64,000 nt of DNA, taken from an uncultured Alphaproteobacteria bacterium (GTDB lineage Bacteria; Pseudomonadota; Alphaproteobacteria; Bin95). The stretch covers positions 5,003 to 69,002 of the forward strand of contig CAXBDI010000002.1 of assembly GCA_963974445.1 (NCBI GenBank), given 5' to 3'. Under the pieces are notes generated by a model, which was not told where the DNA came from, made no database searches, and was given only the letters and a program-made list of their open reading frames with translations. Below are positions 50,825 through 60,725 of the stretch, one piece after another; the first letter of the stretch is position 1, and the number at the start of each line of letters is the position of its first letter. The position numbers and the translations under genes are program-made.

Positions 50825-51880
50825 TTATCCGCAGGTGACGCAGTAGATATCCTTCACCTCGCCCGGGATCGACATCTCGGCCCAGGTCTCACCGCCGTCC
50901 TGGGTGCCGAACACTTCGCCGTCATAGCGTGCGCCGATGTAGACTTGGTTCGGGTCCTGCCGGTGCAGGCCGATGGACATGATGGTGCCATGCACCTGCA
51001 CCTTGTCGAACCGGCTCCAGGACTTGCCGGCGTCGGTGGATTTGTAGAGGCCGCCGTCATGGCTGGCCGCCGCCACGCTCAGCGCCGCATAGAGGGTGGC
51101 CGGCTCGCTGGGGGCGACGCGGACGTCGCGGCCGTAGGTGGTCGGCGAGAATTTTCCGGCCTCCTTGTCCTGCCAGGTCTTGCCGCCGTCGCGGGTCTCG
51201 AACAGACCCATCCGCAGCGCGATAATCACCGCGTCAGGGTCGGCTGGCGCAATCGTCAACGCGTGACCGTCGAGCATCCCCTCCGCCGTCGTTTCCGAGA
51301 CGATCTTGCTGGAGAGGTGCGGCTGCTTTGACATCTCGGCCAGCGGGTCGCCGCAATCAGTCCAGCTCTGGCCGCCGTCGTGGCTGACCATAGCGCCGCC
51401 GAACTCCAGCGCCGCAAACAGCGTGTCCGGCTTGGTCGGGTGTTGGGCGAGGCGCATGACGCGGCAGGCAAACGGGCTCTTCAGCCGGACCGGAACGCCT
51501 GGGTCCGGCAGCGCCTGCCACGACGCACCCATGTCTTCGGAGACGAACACGCCCACCGGCGACGCGCCGGCATAGATACGGTTGGCGTCGCGGGAATCGA
51601 CCAGGAACGACCAAATCTGCCGCCCAGCCTCGGGGAACTTGGCGCGGACGAAGGTCGAGCCCTTGTCGGTCGAACGGTAGACGCCGTCGATAGTGCCGGC
51701 CAGCACGATATCCGGATTGGCCGGGTGCACCATCACATAGTGCGCCTCATTCTCGCCGAACACGTTCTGCCACTCACCGCCAGGCGCGGCAGGCCGGCGG
51801 AACACGCCATAGGCGCCGGTGGCATCGGGACGGCCGACATAGCCGGCGACGGCGGCAAAAATATGGGTCTGGTCAAGCAT
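50825..51880 (-). CDS. BNR/Asp-box repeat beta-propeller protein
   Basis: It has repeated SxDxGxTW-type boxes (STDKGSTF, SEDMGASW, SHDGGQSW, TRDGGKTW, STDAGKSW, TQDGGETW). No signal peptide is seen. Confidence 0.7.
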   Translation of the reverse strand: MLDQTHIFAAVAGYVGRPDATGAYGVFRRPAAPGGEWQNVFGENEAHYVMVHPANPDIVLAGTIDGVYRSTDKGSTFVRAKFPEAGRQIWSFLVDSRDANRIYAGASPVGVFVSEDMGASWQALPDPGVPVRLKSPFACRVMRLAQHPTKPDTLFAALEFGGAMVSHDGGQSWTDCGDPLAEMSKQPHLSSKIVSETTAEGMLDGHALTIAPADPDAVIIALRMGLFETRDGGKTWQDKEAGKFSPTTYGRDVRVAPSEPATLYAALSVAAASHDGGLYKSTDAGKSWSRFDKVQVHGTIMSIGLHRQDPNQVYIGARYDGEVFGTQDGGETWAEMSIPGEVKDIYCVTCG

Positions 51881-52107
51881 GGCGCGGTTCCTCCGAAAGG
51901 TGAGCGGCCCTTGTCATTGATCTATGGGATTGTAGCGCGTCTGCGACATAGGGGAACAGCCATACAACCCCGTACAGAATTGTTCCCCGCAGAGGCGGAG
52001 CCATCATCCGGGGTCGGCCTCGGAGTCACGCACCGCCTGGGGTCCATGTTCGCCGCGGGGGCGGCCCCGGCTCACCGCTCCGCGGCGGCCGGGGAATACT
52101 GAACCGG

Positions 52108-53883
52108 TTACTCCGCCGCCATCGCCATGGGCTCCGGCGCCGGGCGTTGGCCGCGGACGAGTTTGCCCGGCAGCACGCCGGTGGGCTTGCCCGCCTCATG
52201 GGTCACCTCACCCGCAACGATGGTGTAGGCGTAACCGCTGGCGCCCTGCATCAGGCGCTTGCCGCCGGCCGGCAGGTCCTGCACGACGTAGGGCGCTTCG
52301 AAGTCGAGCGCTTCCCAATCGATCACGTTCAGGTCGCCCTTCAGGCCAACCCGCACCGCGCCGCGGTCGCCCAGGCCAGCCGCACCCGCCGTGTCGCTGG
52401 TCAGGCGGCGGATCAACTCCGGCATCGCGAATGTGCCGGCATTCTTGCCCCAATGGGTCAGCAACCAGGTCGGGAAACCGGCATCCAGGATGAAGCCCAC
52501 ATGTGCGCCGCCGTCGCCCAGGCCCATGATCGCCATTTTCTCGCCCAACAGCTTCTCGGACGCGGAGAGCGAGAAGTCGGAGTAGTTGGTGATCGGCATA
52601 TAGATGAAATTCTTGCCGTCGTTCTCCAGCAGCAAGTCATAAGCGACTTCCGGCGCGGACTGGTTGCCATTCGCGGCAATCGATTCAACGGAGTTCTCTT
52701 GCTTCGGCTGATAGTCCTTTTTGCCGAAGCGGAACATGTAGCCATAGCTCATGCGGTGGATCAGCGGGAAGGTGCTTTCCTTCACCGGGTCCTCGCTGAG
52801 GATCTTGGCGCGGATTTCCGGGTCGCGCAGCTTCGCCACCTTCTCTTGCAGCGGCAGATGGTTCAGCGTCTTGAAGGTCGGGCAGCCACTGAACGGCGTC
52901 TGGCTCGCCTGCAAGCCCAGCAGAATGCCGATGGCGCGCGGCGGGAACACCGGGCGGATATTGACGCCCTCTTCCTCATAAGCCTTGCGGTTCATCTCCA
53001 GCAGATCGGCGAACACGTGCGGGATGCTGTTGCGTTGCGCCAGCGTATAGACCATCGGGCGGCCACTGTTCTGCGCCACCCGCTTCAGAATGCCGAACGC
53101 CTCGACCGGGTTCGGCTCGGCGTTGATGGTGTTCGGCGTCTCGTCGGTAATCCAGTCGGAGACCGCCTCGATAAAGCCGGAGCCGGCATCGCTGAGCCCG
53201 CCCGCCAGCCCCATCAACTCGTCCTCATAGACGCGCAGGGTCGGGATGTACTCGCCCGCCAAAGTCTTGTGGCTGGTGGTGCGACTGGTCGAGACGCCGA
53301 ACGCGCCGGCCTCCACCGCTTCCTTGGTAATCGCCCGCATCTTGGCGATATCGTCCGGCGTTGCCGGCTCGAACGCGACGGCGCGGTCGCCCATCACGTT
53401 GACGCGGACGGCGGAGTGCGGCAGTAGCGCGCAGACATCCACATCGCGCGGTTTAGCCTCCAGCGCGTCGAGATATTCGGGGAAGCTCTCCCAGGTCCAC
53501 TCCAGACCCTCGTGCATGACGGCGCCGGGGATATCCTCCACACCCTCCATCAGCTCGATCAGCTTGTTGCGGTCTTCCGGGCGGCAGGGCGCGAACCCAA
53601 CGCCGCAATTGCCCATGACCACCGTGGTCACGCCATGGAGGGATGACGGGGCCAGGTGCGAGTCCCAAATGGCTTGGGCGTCATAATGTGTGTGGATATC
53701 GACGAAGCCCGGCGTCACCAGCTTGCCTTGCGCGTCGATCTCCCTGTCGGCAGTGCCGGAGAGGTTGGCGGCGACAGCGGCGATCTTGCCATTCTTGATA
53801 GCCACATCGGCCGCGAATGGCTGAGCACCGGTGCCATCGACGACGGTGCCGTTGCGAACGATCAAATCATAATCTTTGGACAT
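52108..53883 (-). CDS. N-acyl-D-amino-acid deacylase (D-aminoacylase) family amidohydrolase
   Basis: Contains DLIVRNGTVVDGTG..GFVDIHTHYD..VTTVVMGNCGVGFAP. ATG at 53883 with a GGAGGA RBS. The track N-terminal extension is rejected. Confidence 0.85.
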   Translation of the reverse strand: MSKDYDLIVRNGTVVDGTGAQPFAADVAIKNGKIAAVAANLSGTADREIDAQGKLVTPGFVDIHTHYDAQAIWDSHLAPSSLHGVTTVVMGNCGVGFAPCRPEDRNKLIELMEGVEDIPGAVMHEGLEWTWESFPEYLDALEAKPRDVDVCALLPHSAVRVNVMGDRAVAFEPATPDDIAKMRAITKEAVEAGAFGVSTSRTTSHKTLAGEYIPTLRVYEDELMGLAGGLSDAGSGFIEAVSDWITDETPNTINAEPNPVEAFGILKRVAQNSGRPMVYTLAQRNSIPHVFADLLEMNRKAYEEEGVNIRPVFPPRAIGILLGLQASQTPFSGCPTFKTLNHLPLQEKVAKLRDPEIRAKILSEDPVKESTFPLIHRMSYGYMFRFGKKDYQPKQENSVESIAANGNQSAPEVAYDLLLENDGKNFIYMPITNYSDFSLSASEKLLGEKMAIMGLGDGGAHVGFILDAGFPTWLLTHWGKNAGTFAMPELIRRLTSDTAGAAGLGDRGAVRVGLKGDLNVIDWEALDFEAPYVVQDLPAGGKRLMQGASGYAYTIVAGEVTHEAGKPTGVLPGKLVRGQRPAPEPMAMAAE

Positions 53884-54176
53884 GCAGTATTCCTCCAGTG
53901 AAACTTGGGGTGGAGAATAGGGCGAAAGTGCTGGCCCGTCATTAGGTTTATGCAGTGCCGGCAGCGGATCGGGAGCCCCGGCCAGCGAAATCCTGAAATC
54001 CCCGGCCACAGCGGCCTAAACCAAAGTTATAGACGGCTAAACCTTGTGTTCTGGGCGGCGCCGCTTACAACCTGCGTTGACTGGCGCGGCCCCCGGCCAG
54101 CACACAAATCAGGGCCAAGGCGGCGTCTGGTGATGTTGCCTGACTTTTTTCGGCTTTCGTCAGGAGTTTTGACATC

Positions 54177-54242
54177 ATGAACCGGATTGCTTCCCTCGCC
54201 CTTGCCGCCGCACCGATATCCGCCGGAGTAAGACTGCCATGA
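54177..54242 (+). other. 21-codon mini-ORF (MNRIASLALAAAPISAGVRLP) overlapping the cytochrome b start
   Basis: ATG at 54177 with GGAG about 10 nt upstream. Its TGA overlaps the ATG of the next gene (ccATGAcc). The peptide looks like an isolated signal peptide. Whether it is translated is unknown. Confidence 0.25.
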
Positions 54243-54778
54243 CCACACGTCATCGCGTCTGGGACCCATTCGTCCGCCTGTTTCACTGGTCGCTTGTGAT
54301 CCTTTTTACCCTGAACGCGCTCATCATCAACGATGCGAGCAAATGGCATATCTGGGTCGGCTATGGCGTGGCCGGGCTGGTGGCTTCCAGAATCATCTGG
54401 GGCCTGATCGGTACCCGCTACGCCCGCTTCCGCAGCTTTCCGCCCAGCATTTCCGCCGCACTGGCGCAGGCAGGCGACATGGTCGGCAGCCGCGTGAAAC
54501 AGCATGTTGGCCATACGCCGCTCGGCGCCTGGATGATTTACAATCTACTGCTGGCGCTGGTGGCCATCTCCGTTTCCGGCTATCTGATGACGACCAATGC
54601 CTTCCTGGGGGTGGAGTGGATGAAGGGAGTCCACGAAGCTGCCGCAACCTGGGCCGAAATTTCTGTTGTGGCGCACATCGTGGCGGTGATTTTCGAGTCC
54701 CGCCGCACCGGGATAAACCTTCCCCGGGCTATGGTGACGGGCTATAAGGACCTGCCGTCCGACATCCATGATGAGTGA
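54239..54778 (+). CDS. Cytochrome b561-family (Ni/Fe-hydrogenase b-type cytochrome-like) membrane protein
   Basis: Contains VWDPFVRLFHWSLVILF..HIWVGY..RIIWG..HTPLGAWM..HE..WAEISVVAHIVAVIFES, i.e. four TM helices with conserved His residues. Confidence 0.85.
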   Translation: MTTRHRVWDPFVRLFHWSLVILFTLNALIINDASKWHIWVGYGVAGLVASRIIWGLIGTRYARFRSFPPSISAALAQAGDMVGSRVKQHVGHTPLGAWMIYNLLLALVAISVSGYLMTTNAFLGVEWMKGVHEAAATWAEISVVAHIVAVIFESRRTGINLPRAMVTGYKDLPSDIHDE

Positions 54779-55333
54779 ATGCCCGGTCCATTTAAGGTTC
54801 AAACCGCGCTCCCCTGGCGCCTCCTCCTGCTGATTTCAGCGCAGACCGTTAGTGCCGTCTTCTTCGGTGCAGACGTGGTTGCGGATTTTCTTTCGTCCGA
54901 AGGTACCGCCAGGTCGGCGTCTGGCCACTGGCATCTGGCCGTTGAACTGTTGGCGACCTTGTCGCTCTGGGCGGCCATCGTCTTTGAAGCCTGGTATATC
55001 ACCAGGCTCTTGCGGCGGAAGGCCCAGTTGGAGCAGAACGTCTCCATCGCTTCGGCGGCGATGCACGAGGTGATTGAGGCGTTCCTCGGCGAATGGCGGC
55101 TCACCGCGGCGGAACGGGAGGTGGCGAACCTGCTCATCAAGGGGCTGACGATCGGCGAGATCGCCAAAATCCGCGGCAACGCCGAAGGAACGGTCAAGGC
55201 GCACTTGAACGCCATTTACCGCAAGTCCGGAACCCGCAATCGCGGCGACCTGCTCAGCCTGATTATCGACCAACTGATCGACGGTGGCAGCCCGCCAGTT
55301 GAGCTTGCCCGCTATGCGGGTGCCGTTCACTGA
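54779..55333 (+). CDS. Membrane-anchored LuxR-family (GerE HTH) transcriptional regulator
   Basis: Two N-terminal TM helices, then LTAAEREVANLLIKGLTIGEIAKIRGNAEGTVKAHLNAIYRKSG. Its ATG immediately follows the cytochrome b stop (TGAATG). Confidence 0.8.
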   Translation: MPGPFKVQTALPWRLLLLISAQTVSAVFFGADVVADFLSSEGTARSASGHWHLAVELLATLSLWAAIVFEAWYITRLLRRKAQLEQNVSIASAAMHEVIEAFLGEWRLTAAEREVANLLIKGLTIGEIAKIRGNAEGTVKAHLNAIYRKSGTRNRGDLLSLIIDQLIDGGSPPVELARYAGAVH

Positions 55334-55467
55334 TGAGAGGGCAACGACCGGCGATTAGACCTAGCGCCCCGCCGGCCGATGCGCTTTGCTAGGGACAGAC
55401 TCGCAGTGAAATGCATCGTGCAGAGGCTGCCTTACCGCTGCGCGCTCCACAGGAAAGGAATTGCCCC

Positions 55468-56577
55468 ATGGATGTCGGTTTGCAAATGGTCTTCGCCACT
55501 TACGGTTGCCCGCCTAGCGTGACCGACCAGCAATGCTGGGACGAGGAATTGGCCATCGCCGCCATCGCAGCAGACGGCGGCTTCGACTGCCTCTGGGCGG
55601 TGGAGCACCATGACGACGACTACTCGTTCTGCCCGGATAACCTGCAACTGATGGCGCATCTGGCCGCCAAGCATCCCAACATCGACGTCGGCACCGCCGC
55701 GGTGATCCTGCCCTGGAACGATCCGTTGCGCGTGGCGGAGAAGGTCTCGGTGCTGGACCATTTCACCAATGGTCGCCTGCGGTTCGGCGTCGGGCGCGGT
55801 CTGGCCCGGCGCGAGTTCAACATCTTCCGCACCTCCATGGACGAGAGCCGCACCCGCTTCGACGAAGCCGCCAAGATGATCGTCGAGGCATTGGAGACCG
55901 GCTTCATCGAGGGTGACGGCCCGCACTATGTGCAACCGCGCGCCGAAATCCGCCCGCGCCCGCGCTTCCCGATACGCGACCGGCTCTATGCGGTGGCGTC
56001 GAGCGATGACTCGGTGGTCTCCGCCGCCAAGATTCAGGCCCGCATGGTCATGTTCTCCGACCGCCCCTGGAAAACGCGGCTGCCGGCGATCCAGAAACAT
56101 CGCGACCTGTTCCTGGAGATGCATGGCCGCAAGGCGCCACCGCCGCTGATGGCCGACTTCTGCGTCTGCACGCCCTCCATGGACGGGGCGGAGGAGAAGG
56201 CGAAGGACTGGATGGGCAAGTTCGTCATGTCGAATTTCGACCACTACGAACTGCTGGGCGATCACTTCGCCTCGGTCAAGGGCTATGACGCCTACGCCGC
56301 CAAGATCGCGACGGCCAAGGAAATCGGCATGGACGGCATCATCGCCGGCTTCATGGAGGCCAGCGTCTGGGGCACGCCCGACCGCATCCTGCGGGTACTG
56401 GAGGAGCGGCGGGAGATCGTCGGCGATTTTGAGTTGGCTACCTCATTCCGCTTCGGCGGCATCCCCTTCCCGGACGCCAAAGCCGGCATCGAACTGTACA
56501 TCAAAGAGGTGCTGCCGGTAATCAAACAGTGGAAGATGGACGACGAACTCTCGGCGACGCGGGTCGCGGCGGAGTAG
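55468..56577 (+). CDS. LLM-class flavin-dependent oxidoreductase
   Basis: Contains ..GGFDCLWAVEHH..GRLRFGVGRGLARREF. ATG at 55468. Confidence 0.8.
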   Translation: MDVGLQMVFATYGCPPSVTDQQCWDEELAIAAIAADGGFDCLWAVEHHDDDYSFCPDNLQLMAHLAAKHPNIDVGTAAVILPWNDPLRVAEKVSVLDHFTNGRLRFGVGRGLARREFNIFRTSMDESRTRFDEAAKMIVEALETGFIEGDGPHYVQPRAEIRPRPRFPIRDRLYAVASSDDSVVSAAKIQARMVMFSDRPWKTRLPAIQKHRDLFLEMHGRKAPPPLMADFCVCTPSMDGAEEKAKDWMGKFVMSNFDHYELLGDHFASVKGYDAYAAKIATAKEIGMDGIIAGFMEASVWGTPDRILRVLEERREIVGDFELATSFRFGGIPFPDAKAGIELYIKEVLPVIKQWKMDDELSATRVAAE

Positions 56578-56723
56578 GCGGTCATTCAGGGAGAGTAGGC
56601 AGGCGGCGAAAACAGCGCCGCCACCCTATCCCGACCGACCGACAGTGCTGCAACAACCTCACCGCGACTCCGGCATAGCTCACGCCGCAGCCCGCTGGCC
56701 AGAAAATCGGATGGCATGTGGGG

Positions 56724-57239
56724 TCAGTCGTCGTAAGCGACTAGGGCGCTGAACGGCACGTCCAGCTTGCTGCGGCCATTCAGGAACGTGAGCTCGATAA
56801 TACAAGCCGAGCCCGCGACCTCTGCCCCGACCTTGCGGAACAACTCGACCGCCGCCGCCATGGTGCCGCCGGTCGCCAACAGGTCGTCCAGGATCACCAC
56901 GCGCTGACCGGCGGCTATGGCATCCTGCTGGATTTCGATAGTGTCGGCACCGTACTCCAGGTCGTAGGAGTACGCCACCGTCGCGCCCGGCAGCTTGCCC
57001 GCCTTGCGCACCATGGTGAAGCCGCAGCCGAGCGCTAAAGCCAGAGGTGCGGCCACCAGAAAGCCGCGGCTGTCGATACCGGCCAGCACGTCGGGCTTAT
57101 GCGGGCCGACGATTTCCGCGAGCCGGTCGACCGTATGACGCCACGCCTTCGGCTCCGCCAGCAGGGTGGAGATATCGTAGAACAGGATCCCGGGTTTCGG
57201 AAAATCCGGGATGCCGCGGATGTGGTCTTTCAGGTCCAT
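56724..57239 (-). CDS. apt: Adenine phosphoribosyltransferase
   Basis: Contains [46 protein letters not shown]. Only the last 171 codons of the 465-aa track ORF are apt. Confidence 0.95.
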   Translation of the reverse strand: MDLKDHIRGIPDFPKPGILFYDISTLLAEPKAWRHTVDRLAEIVGPHKPDVLAGIDSRGFLVAAPLALALGCGFTMVRKAGKLPGATVAYSYDLEYGADTIEIQQDAIAAGQRVVILDDLLATGGTMAAAVELFRKVGAEVAGSACIIELTFLNGRSKLDVPFSALVAYDD

Positions 57240-57344
57240 GCTGTGGGCCAGGCTCCAGGCGGGCGAGATCGGGAAAGCGGACCATAGCGATGCCACGATG
57301 CAGGCGCTAGAGTCGACGCATCGCATGCACGAGGAACCCTGCCG

Positions 57345-58679
57345 ATGCCCAACCATGTCTTCCCCCGCTCGTTCGCCACTCCGCCGCTGACCGCGGTGGC
57401 TGCCGAGGGCTCGTTCATTTTCGACGACCAGGGCAAGCGCTATCTGGATGCGTCGGGCGGCGCCGCGGTCTCCTGCCTCGGCCACAGCCATCCCAAAGTG
57501 GTGGAGGTCATCCGCCAGCAGATCGGCCGGCTCGACTACGCCCACACTGGCTTTTTCAGCAATTCGGCGCAGGAGGCGTTGGCGGACGATATCATCGCGC
57601 ACGCGCCGGCCAACATGGCGCGGGCGTTCTTCGTCTCCGGCGGCTCGGAAGCCATCGAGAGTGCGATCAAAATGGCGCGCCAGTACTGGCTGGAAAAGGG
57701 CGAGCCGCAGCGCACCCGCATCGTCGCCCGCCGCCAGAGCTATCACGGCAACACCCTGGGCGCGCTGGCCGTCGGCGGCAACGCGGCCCGCCGTGCCCCC
57801 TACGCACCGCTGCTGACCGACGCCGCCAGCCATATCGCCCCCTGCTACGCCTACCGCGACCGCCGCGACGACGAAAGCGAAGCCGAATACGGCCAGCGCG
57901 TCGCCAATGAGTTGGAGGCGGAAATCCAACGCCTGGGGCCGGAAACAGTCGCGGCATTTGTGGCCGAGCCGGTGGTCGGCGCCACCCTCGGCAGCGCGCC
58001 GGCGGTGCCCGGCTACTTCACCCGCATCCGCGAGATTTGCGACGCGCATGGCGTGCTGTTCATCGCCGACGAGGTCATGAGCGGCATGGGCCGCTGCGGC
58101 ACGCTCTATGCGCTGGAGCACGATGGCGTGCAGGCCGATCTGATCGTCATGGCCAAGGGACTGGGCGGCGGTTTCCAGCCTATCGGCTGCGTCGTCGCCA
58201 GCCAGGGCGTCGTCGATGCGTTCGAGCAGGGCTCAGGCGTTTTCACCCACGGCCACACCTATATGGGCCACCCGGTTGCCTGCGCCGCGGGCTTGGCGGT
58301 GCAGCAGGTGCTGCGCGACGAGGGCCTGATCGACCACGTCCACAACAACGGGCCGCGCCTCGAAGCCATGCTGCACGACCGCTTCGGCAACCATCCGCAC
58401 GTGGGCGACATTCGCGGCCGCGGCTATTTCTGGAGCCTGGAATTCGTTGCCGACCGTTCGACTAAGGCCGTCTTCGATCCCAAAGAAAAGCGGCACGCCC
58501 GCCTGGCGCAGGAGGCGTTGGCCCGCGGGCTGATCTGCTATCCGATGGGCGGCACCATAGACGGCGTTCAGGGCGACCATGTCTCGCTCGCCCCGCCCTA
58601 CAATGCCAGCCAACAGGAGTTGGAGCTGGCGGTGAGTTTGTTGGGCGAGGCAGTGGACGCAGCATTGCACGGCGAATGA
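57345..58679 (+). CDS. Class III (omega) aminotransferase
   Basis: Contains ..[55 protein letters not shown]. Confidence 0.9.
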   Translation: MPNHVFPRSFATPPLTAVAAEGSFIFDDQGKRYLDASGGAAVSCLGHSHPKVVEVIRQQIGRLDYAHTGFFSNSAQEALADDIIAHAPANMARAFFVSGGSEAIESAIKMARQYWLEKGEPQRTRIVARRQSYHGNTLGALAVGGNAARRAPYAPLLTDAASHIAPCYAYRDRRDDESEAEYGQRVANELEAEIQRLGPETVAAFVAEPVVGATLGSAPAVPGYFTRIREICDAHGVLFIADEVMSGMGRCGTLYALEHDGVQADLIVMAKGLGGGFQPIGCVVASQGVVDAFEQGSGVFTHGHTYMGHPVACAAGLAVQQVLRDEGLIDHVHNNGPRLEAMLHDRFGNHPHVGDIRGRGYFWSLEFVADRSTKAVFDPKEKRHARLAQEALARGLICYPMGGTIDGVQGDHVSLAPPYNASQQELELAVSLLGEAVDAALHGE

Positions 58680-58760
58680 GCGTGCCCCCCCGCGAGCACT
58701 ATGGAAGAGCAGGCAGTATCGGCTACACTCAGCAATCGGACCATAAGATCGGAGACAGCG

Positions 58761-59723
58761 ATGAAATTCTCGATCATGCTTGTAACCGTCGCGCTTATGG
58801 GCGGGTTATCGGTATCGGCCGCCGCAGAGCAGCGTTTCGTCTCCATCGGCACCGGCGGCGTCACGGGCGTGTATTATCCGACCGGCGGCGCGATCTGCCG
58901 GATGATCAATCGCGACCGCAAGAAGCACGGCATCCGCTGCTCGGCGGAGAGCACGGGCGGCTCCATCTACAATATCAACGCCATCCGCGCCGGCGAGTTG
59001 GAGTTCGGTGTCACCCAATCCGACTGGCAGTACCACGCCTACCACGGCACCTCGGAATTCGAGAGCCTTGGGCCGTTCGAAGGGTTGAGGGCGGTGTTTG
59101 GCGTGTATCCGGAGCCGGTCACGATGCTGGCCAGAGCGGACAGCGGCATCACTCACATCAACGACGTCAAGGGCAAACGCCTCAACATTGGCAATGCTGG
59201 CAGCGGCACCCGCGGTACGTGGGAAGTGCTGGAGGCTGCCCTCGGGTGGGGGCGTGCGGACCTGGCGCTCGCATCCGAACTGAAGTCCGCCGAGACCGGG
59301 CAGGCGCTTTGCGACGACAAGATCGACGCGTATTTCTGGCTGGTCGGCCACCCGTCGGCGCTGACCCAAGAGACCGTCTTCAGTTGCAATGCCAAGCTGG
59401 TCAACGTGACCGGCCCCGCCATCGACAAGCTGGTGGCCGACAACAGCTTCTATCGCTATGCAACGATCCCCGGCGGCATGTATAGCGGCAATCCGGACGA
59501 CACGAAGACCTTTGGCGTCAGCGCAACCCTCGTGTCATCCTCCAACGTCCCGGCCGAGGTGGTCTATGTCCTGGTGAAGGCGGTGTTCGACAATTTCGAG
59601 CAGTTCCGCAAGCTGCACCCGGCGTTCGCCGACCTGAAGCCAGAGGATATGATCAGGGAGGGCCTCTCCGCACCGCTGCACGACGGCGCGTTGAAATACT
59701 ACAAAGAGCGCGGCTGGATGTAG
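58761..59723 (+). CDS. TAXI-family TRAP transporter solute-binding protein
   Basis: Signal peptide, then FVSIGTGGVTGVYYPTGGAICRMIN..STGGSIYNINAIRAGELEFGVTQSD..HDGALKYYKERGW. No TRAP permease gene is adjacent. Confidence 0.88.
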   Translation: MKFSIMLVTVALMGGLSVSAAAEQRFVSIGTGGVTGVYYPTGGAICRMINRDRKKHGIRCSAESTGGSIYNINAIRAGELEFGVTQSDWQYHAYHGTSEFESLGPFEGLRAVFGVYPEPVTMLARADSGITHINDVKGKRLNIGNAGSGTRGTWEVLEAALGWGRADLALASELKSAETGQALCDDKIDAYFWLVGHPSALTQETVFSCNAKLVNVTGPAIDKLVADNSFYRYATIPGGMYSGNPDDTKTFGVSATLVSSSNVPAEVVYVLVKAVFDNFEQFRKLHPAFADLKPEDMIREGLSAPLHDGALKYYKERGWM

Positions 59724-59834
59724 CCGCAAAGACCAGCACTTTAAAAGCCCTGGCGTTCGCCGGCGGCTTCGGCTGGTTCGGCGCGGTGGTCGCCCTGCTC
59801 ACCGTCGTGAACTTGCTGCAATGGGCCCGGCGGC

Positions 59835-60725
59835 CTAAGGCGTAAGGCAGTCGACCAGCATATCGGTGAGGCCGGAGAGCGTTAGTTGATAGGCCGCCGG
59901 CCCTGCCGGCACGCTCGCGCCCAACGGGTCCAGCACGCCTTGCCTGAGGCTGGTGCCGCGCACCAATCCCGCGACGGCGCGCTCCGAAAACTGCGGCTCG
60001 CGGAAGGCGCAGATGGCTTGTCCCGCTACTACTGCCCCCCTCACGTCGCCCAGATGCCGGGCGCTGGCGCCGATGGTTGGCGAGAGCGCCAGCACGCCCA
60101 CCTGACGCAGGCCGTAGGCTTCGACGAAGTAGTTATAGGCCGGGTGAAACACGACGAAGGGCCGGTCCCGCACAGGCGCCAGCCTAGCCGCGATTTCCCG
60201 GTCGAGCGCCACGAGCTTCTGATCCAGCACCAATGCGTTGGCCTCTAACTGCCTGGCCGGGACCAACGGCGCGAACACCTCCGCCAGATAGGCGGCAATC
60301 CGCCGAGCGTTTGAAAGCGATAGCCAGATGTGCGGATCGTGAGCATCGCCGTCGTCTGCATGGTGATCGCCGCCGTGCGTTTCCGCCAGCGGCAACAAAT
60401 GCAGGTCCGGCGTCTCCTGCATCAAGGCTGCGGTGCGCACCCGATCCGGCAGCACGCTCAGCGGCTTGACCAGGAACTCCTCCATTCCCGGCCCGATCCA
60501 GACAACGACGTCGGCCCTCTGCAACGCCTGACGGGCCGACGGCTTGAGCGTGAAAGCATGCGGAGTGGCTTCGCCTTCCAGCAAAAGTTCCGGCTTGGCC
60601 AGCCCTTCCAGAAGGGCCGCGACCAAGCCATGCAGTGGCTTGATCGACACCACGATACGGGGCGCATCGGCGGCAGCCGGCCTGAATGCCAGCGCCAACA
60701 AGAGGACTGCCAGAGCCAGCCTCAT
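59835..60725 (-). CDS. znuA: Zinc ABC transporter periplasmic binding protein
   Basis: Signal peptide, then VVSIKPLHGLV.., the His/Asp-rich loop HGGDHHADDGDAHDPHIWLS and ..FHPAYNYF. No znuB or znuC is nearby. Confidence 0.9.
   Translation of the reverse strand: MRLALAVLLLALAFRPAAADAPRIVVSIKPLHGLVAALLEGLAKPELLLEGEATPHAFTLKPSARQALQRADVVVWIGPGMEEFLVKPLSVLPDRVRTAALMQETPDLHLLPLAETHGGDHHADDGDAHDPHIWLSLSNARRIAAYLAEVFAPLVPARQLEANALVLDQKLVALDREIAARLAPVRDRPFVVFHPAYNYFVEAYGLRQVGVLALSPTIGASARHLGDVRGAVVAGQAICAFREPQFSERAVAGLVRGTSLRQGVLDPLGASVPAGPAAYQLTLSGLTDMLVDCLTP

Noticed and set aside
57240-58121. N-terminal 294 codons of the 465-aa track ORF containing apt
   Set aside because: Only the last 171 codons, from the ATG at 57239, match adenine phosphoribosyltransferase. 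The extension is antisense to the aminotransferase gene and is low complexity.
59729-59845. Hydrophobic reading frame after the TAXI gene (..KALAFAGGFGWFGAVVALLTVVNLLQWARRPKA*), possibly a small TRAP-associated membrane peptide
   Set aside because: There is no ATG, GTG or TTG start with an RBS before the hydrophobic segment. The only internal GTG would give 19 aa. It overlaps the znuA 3' end, so it is at best a relic.
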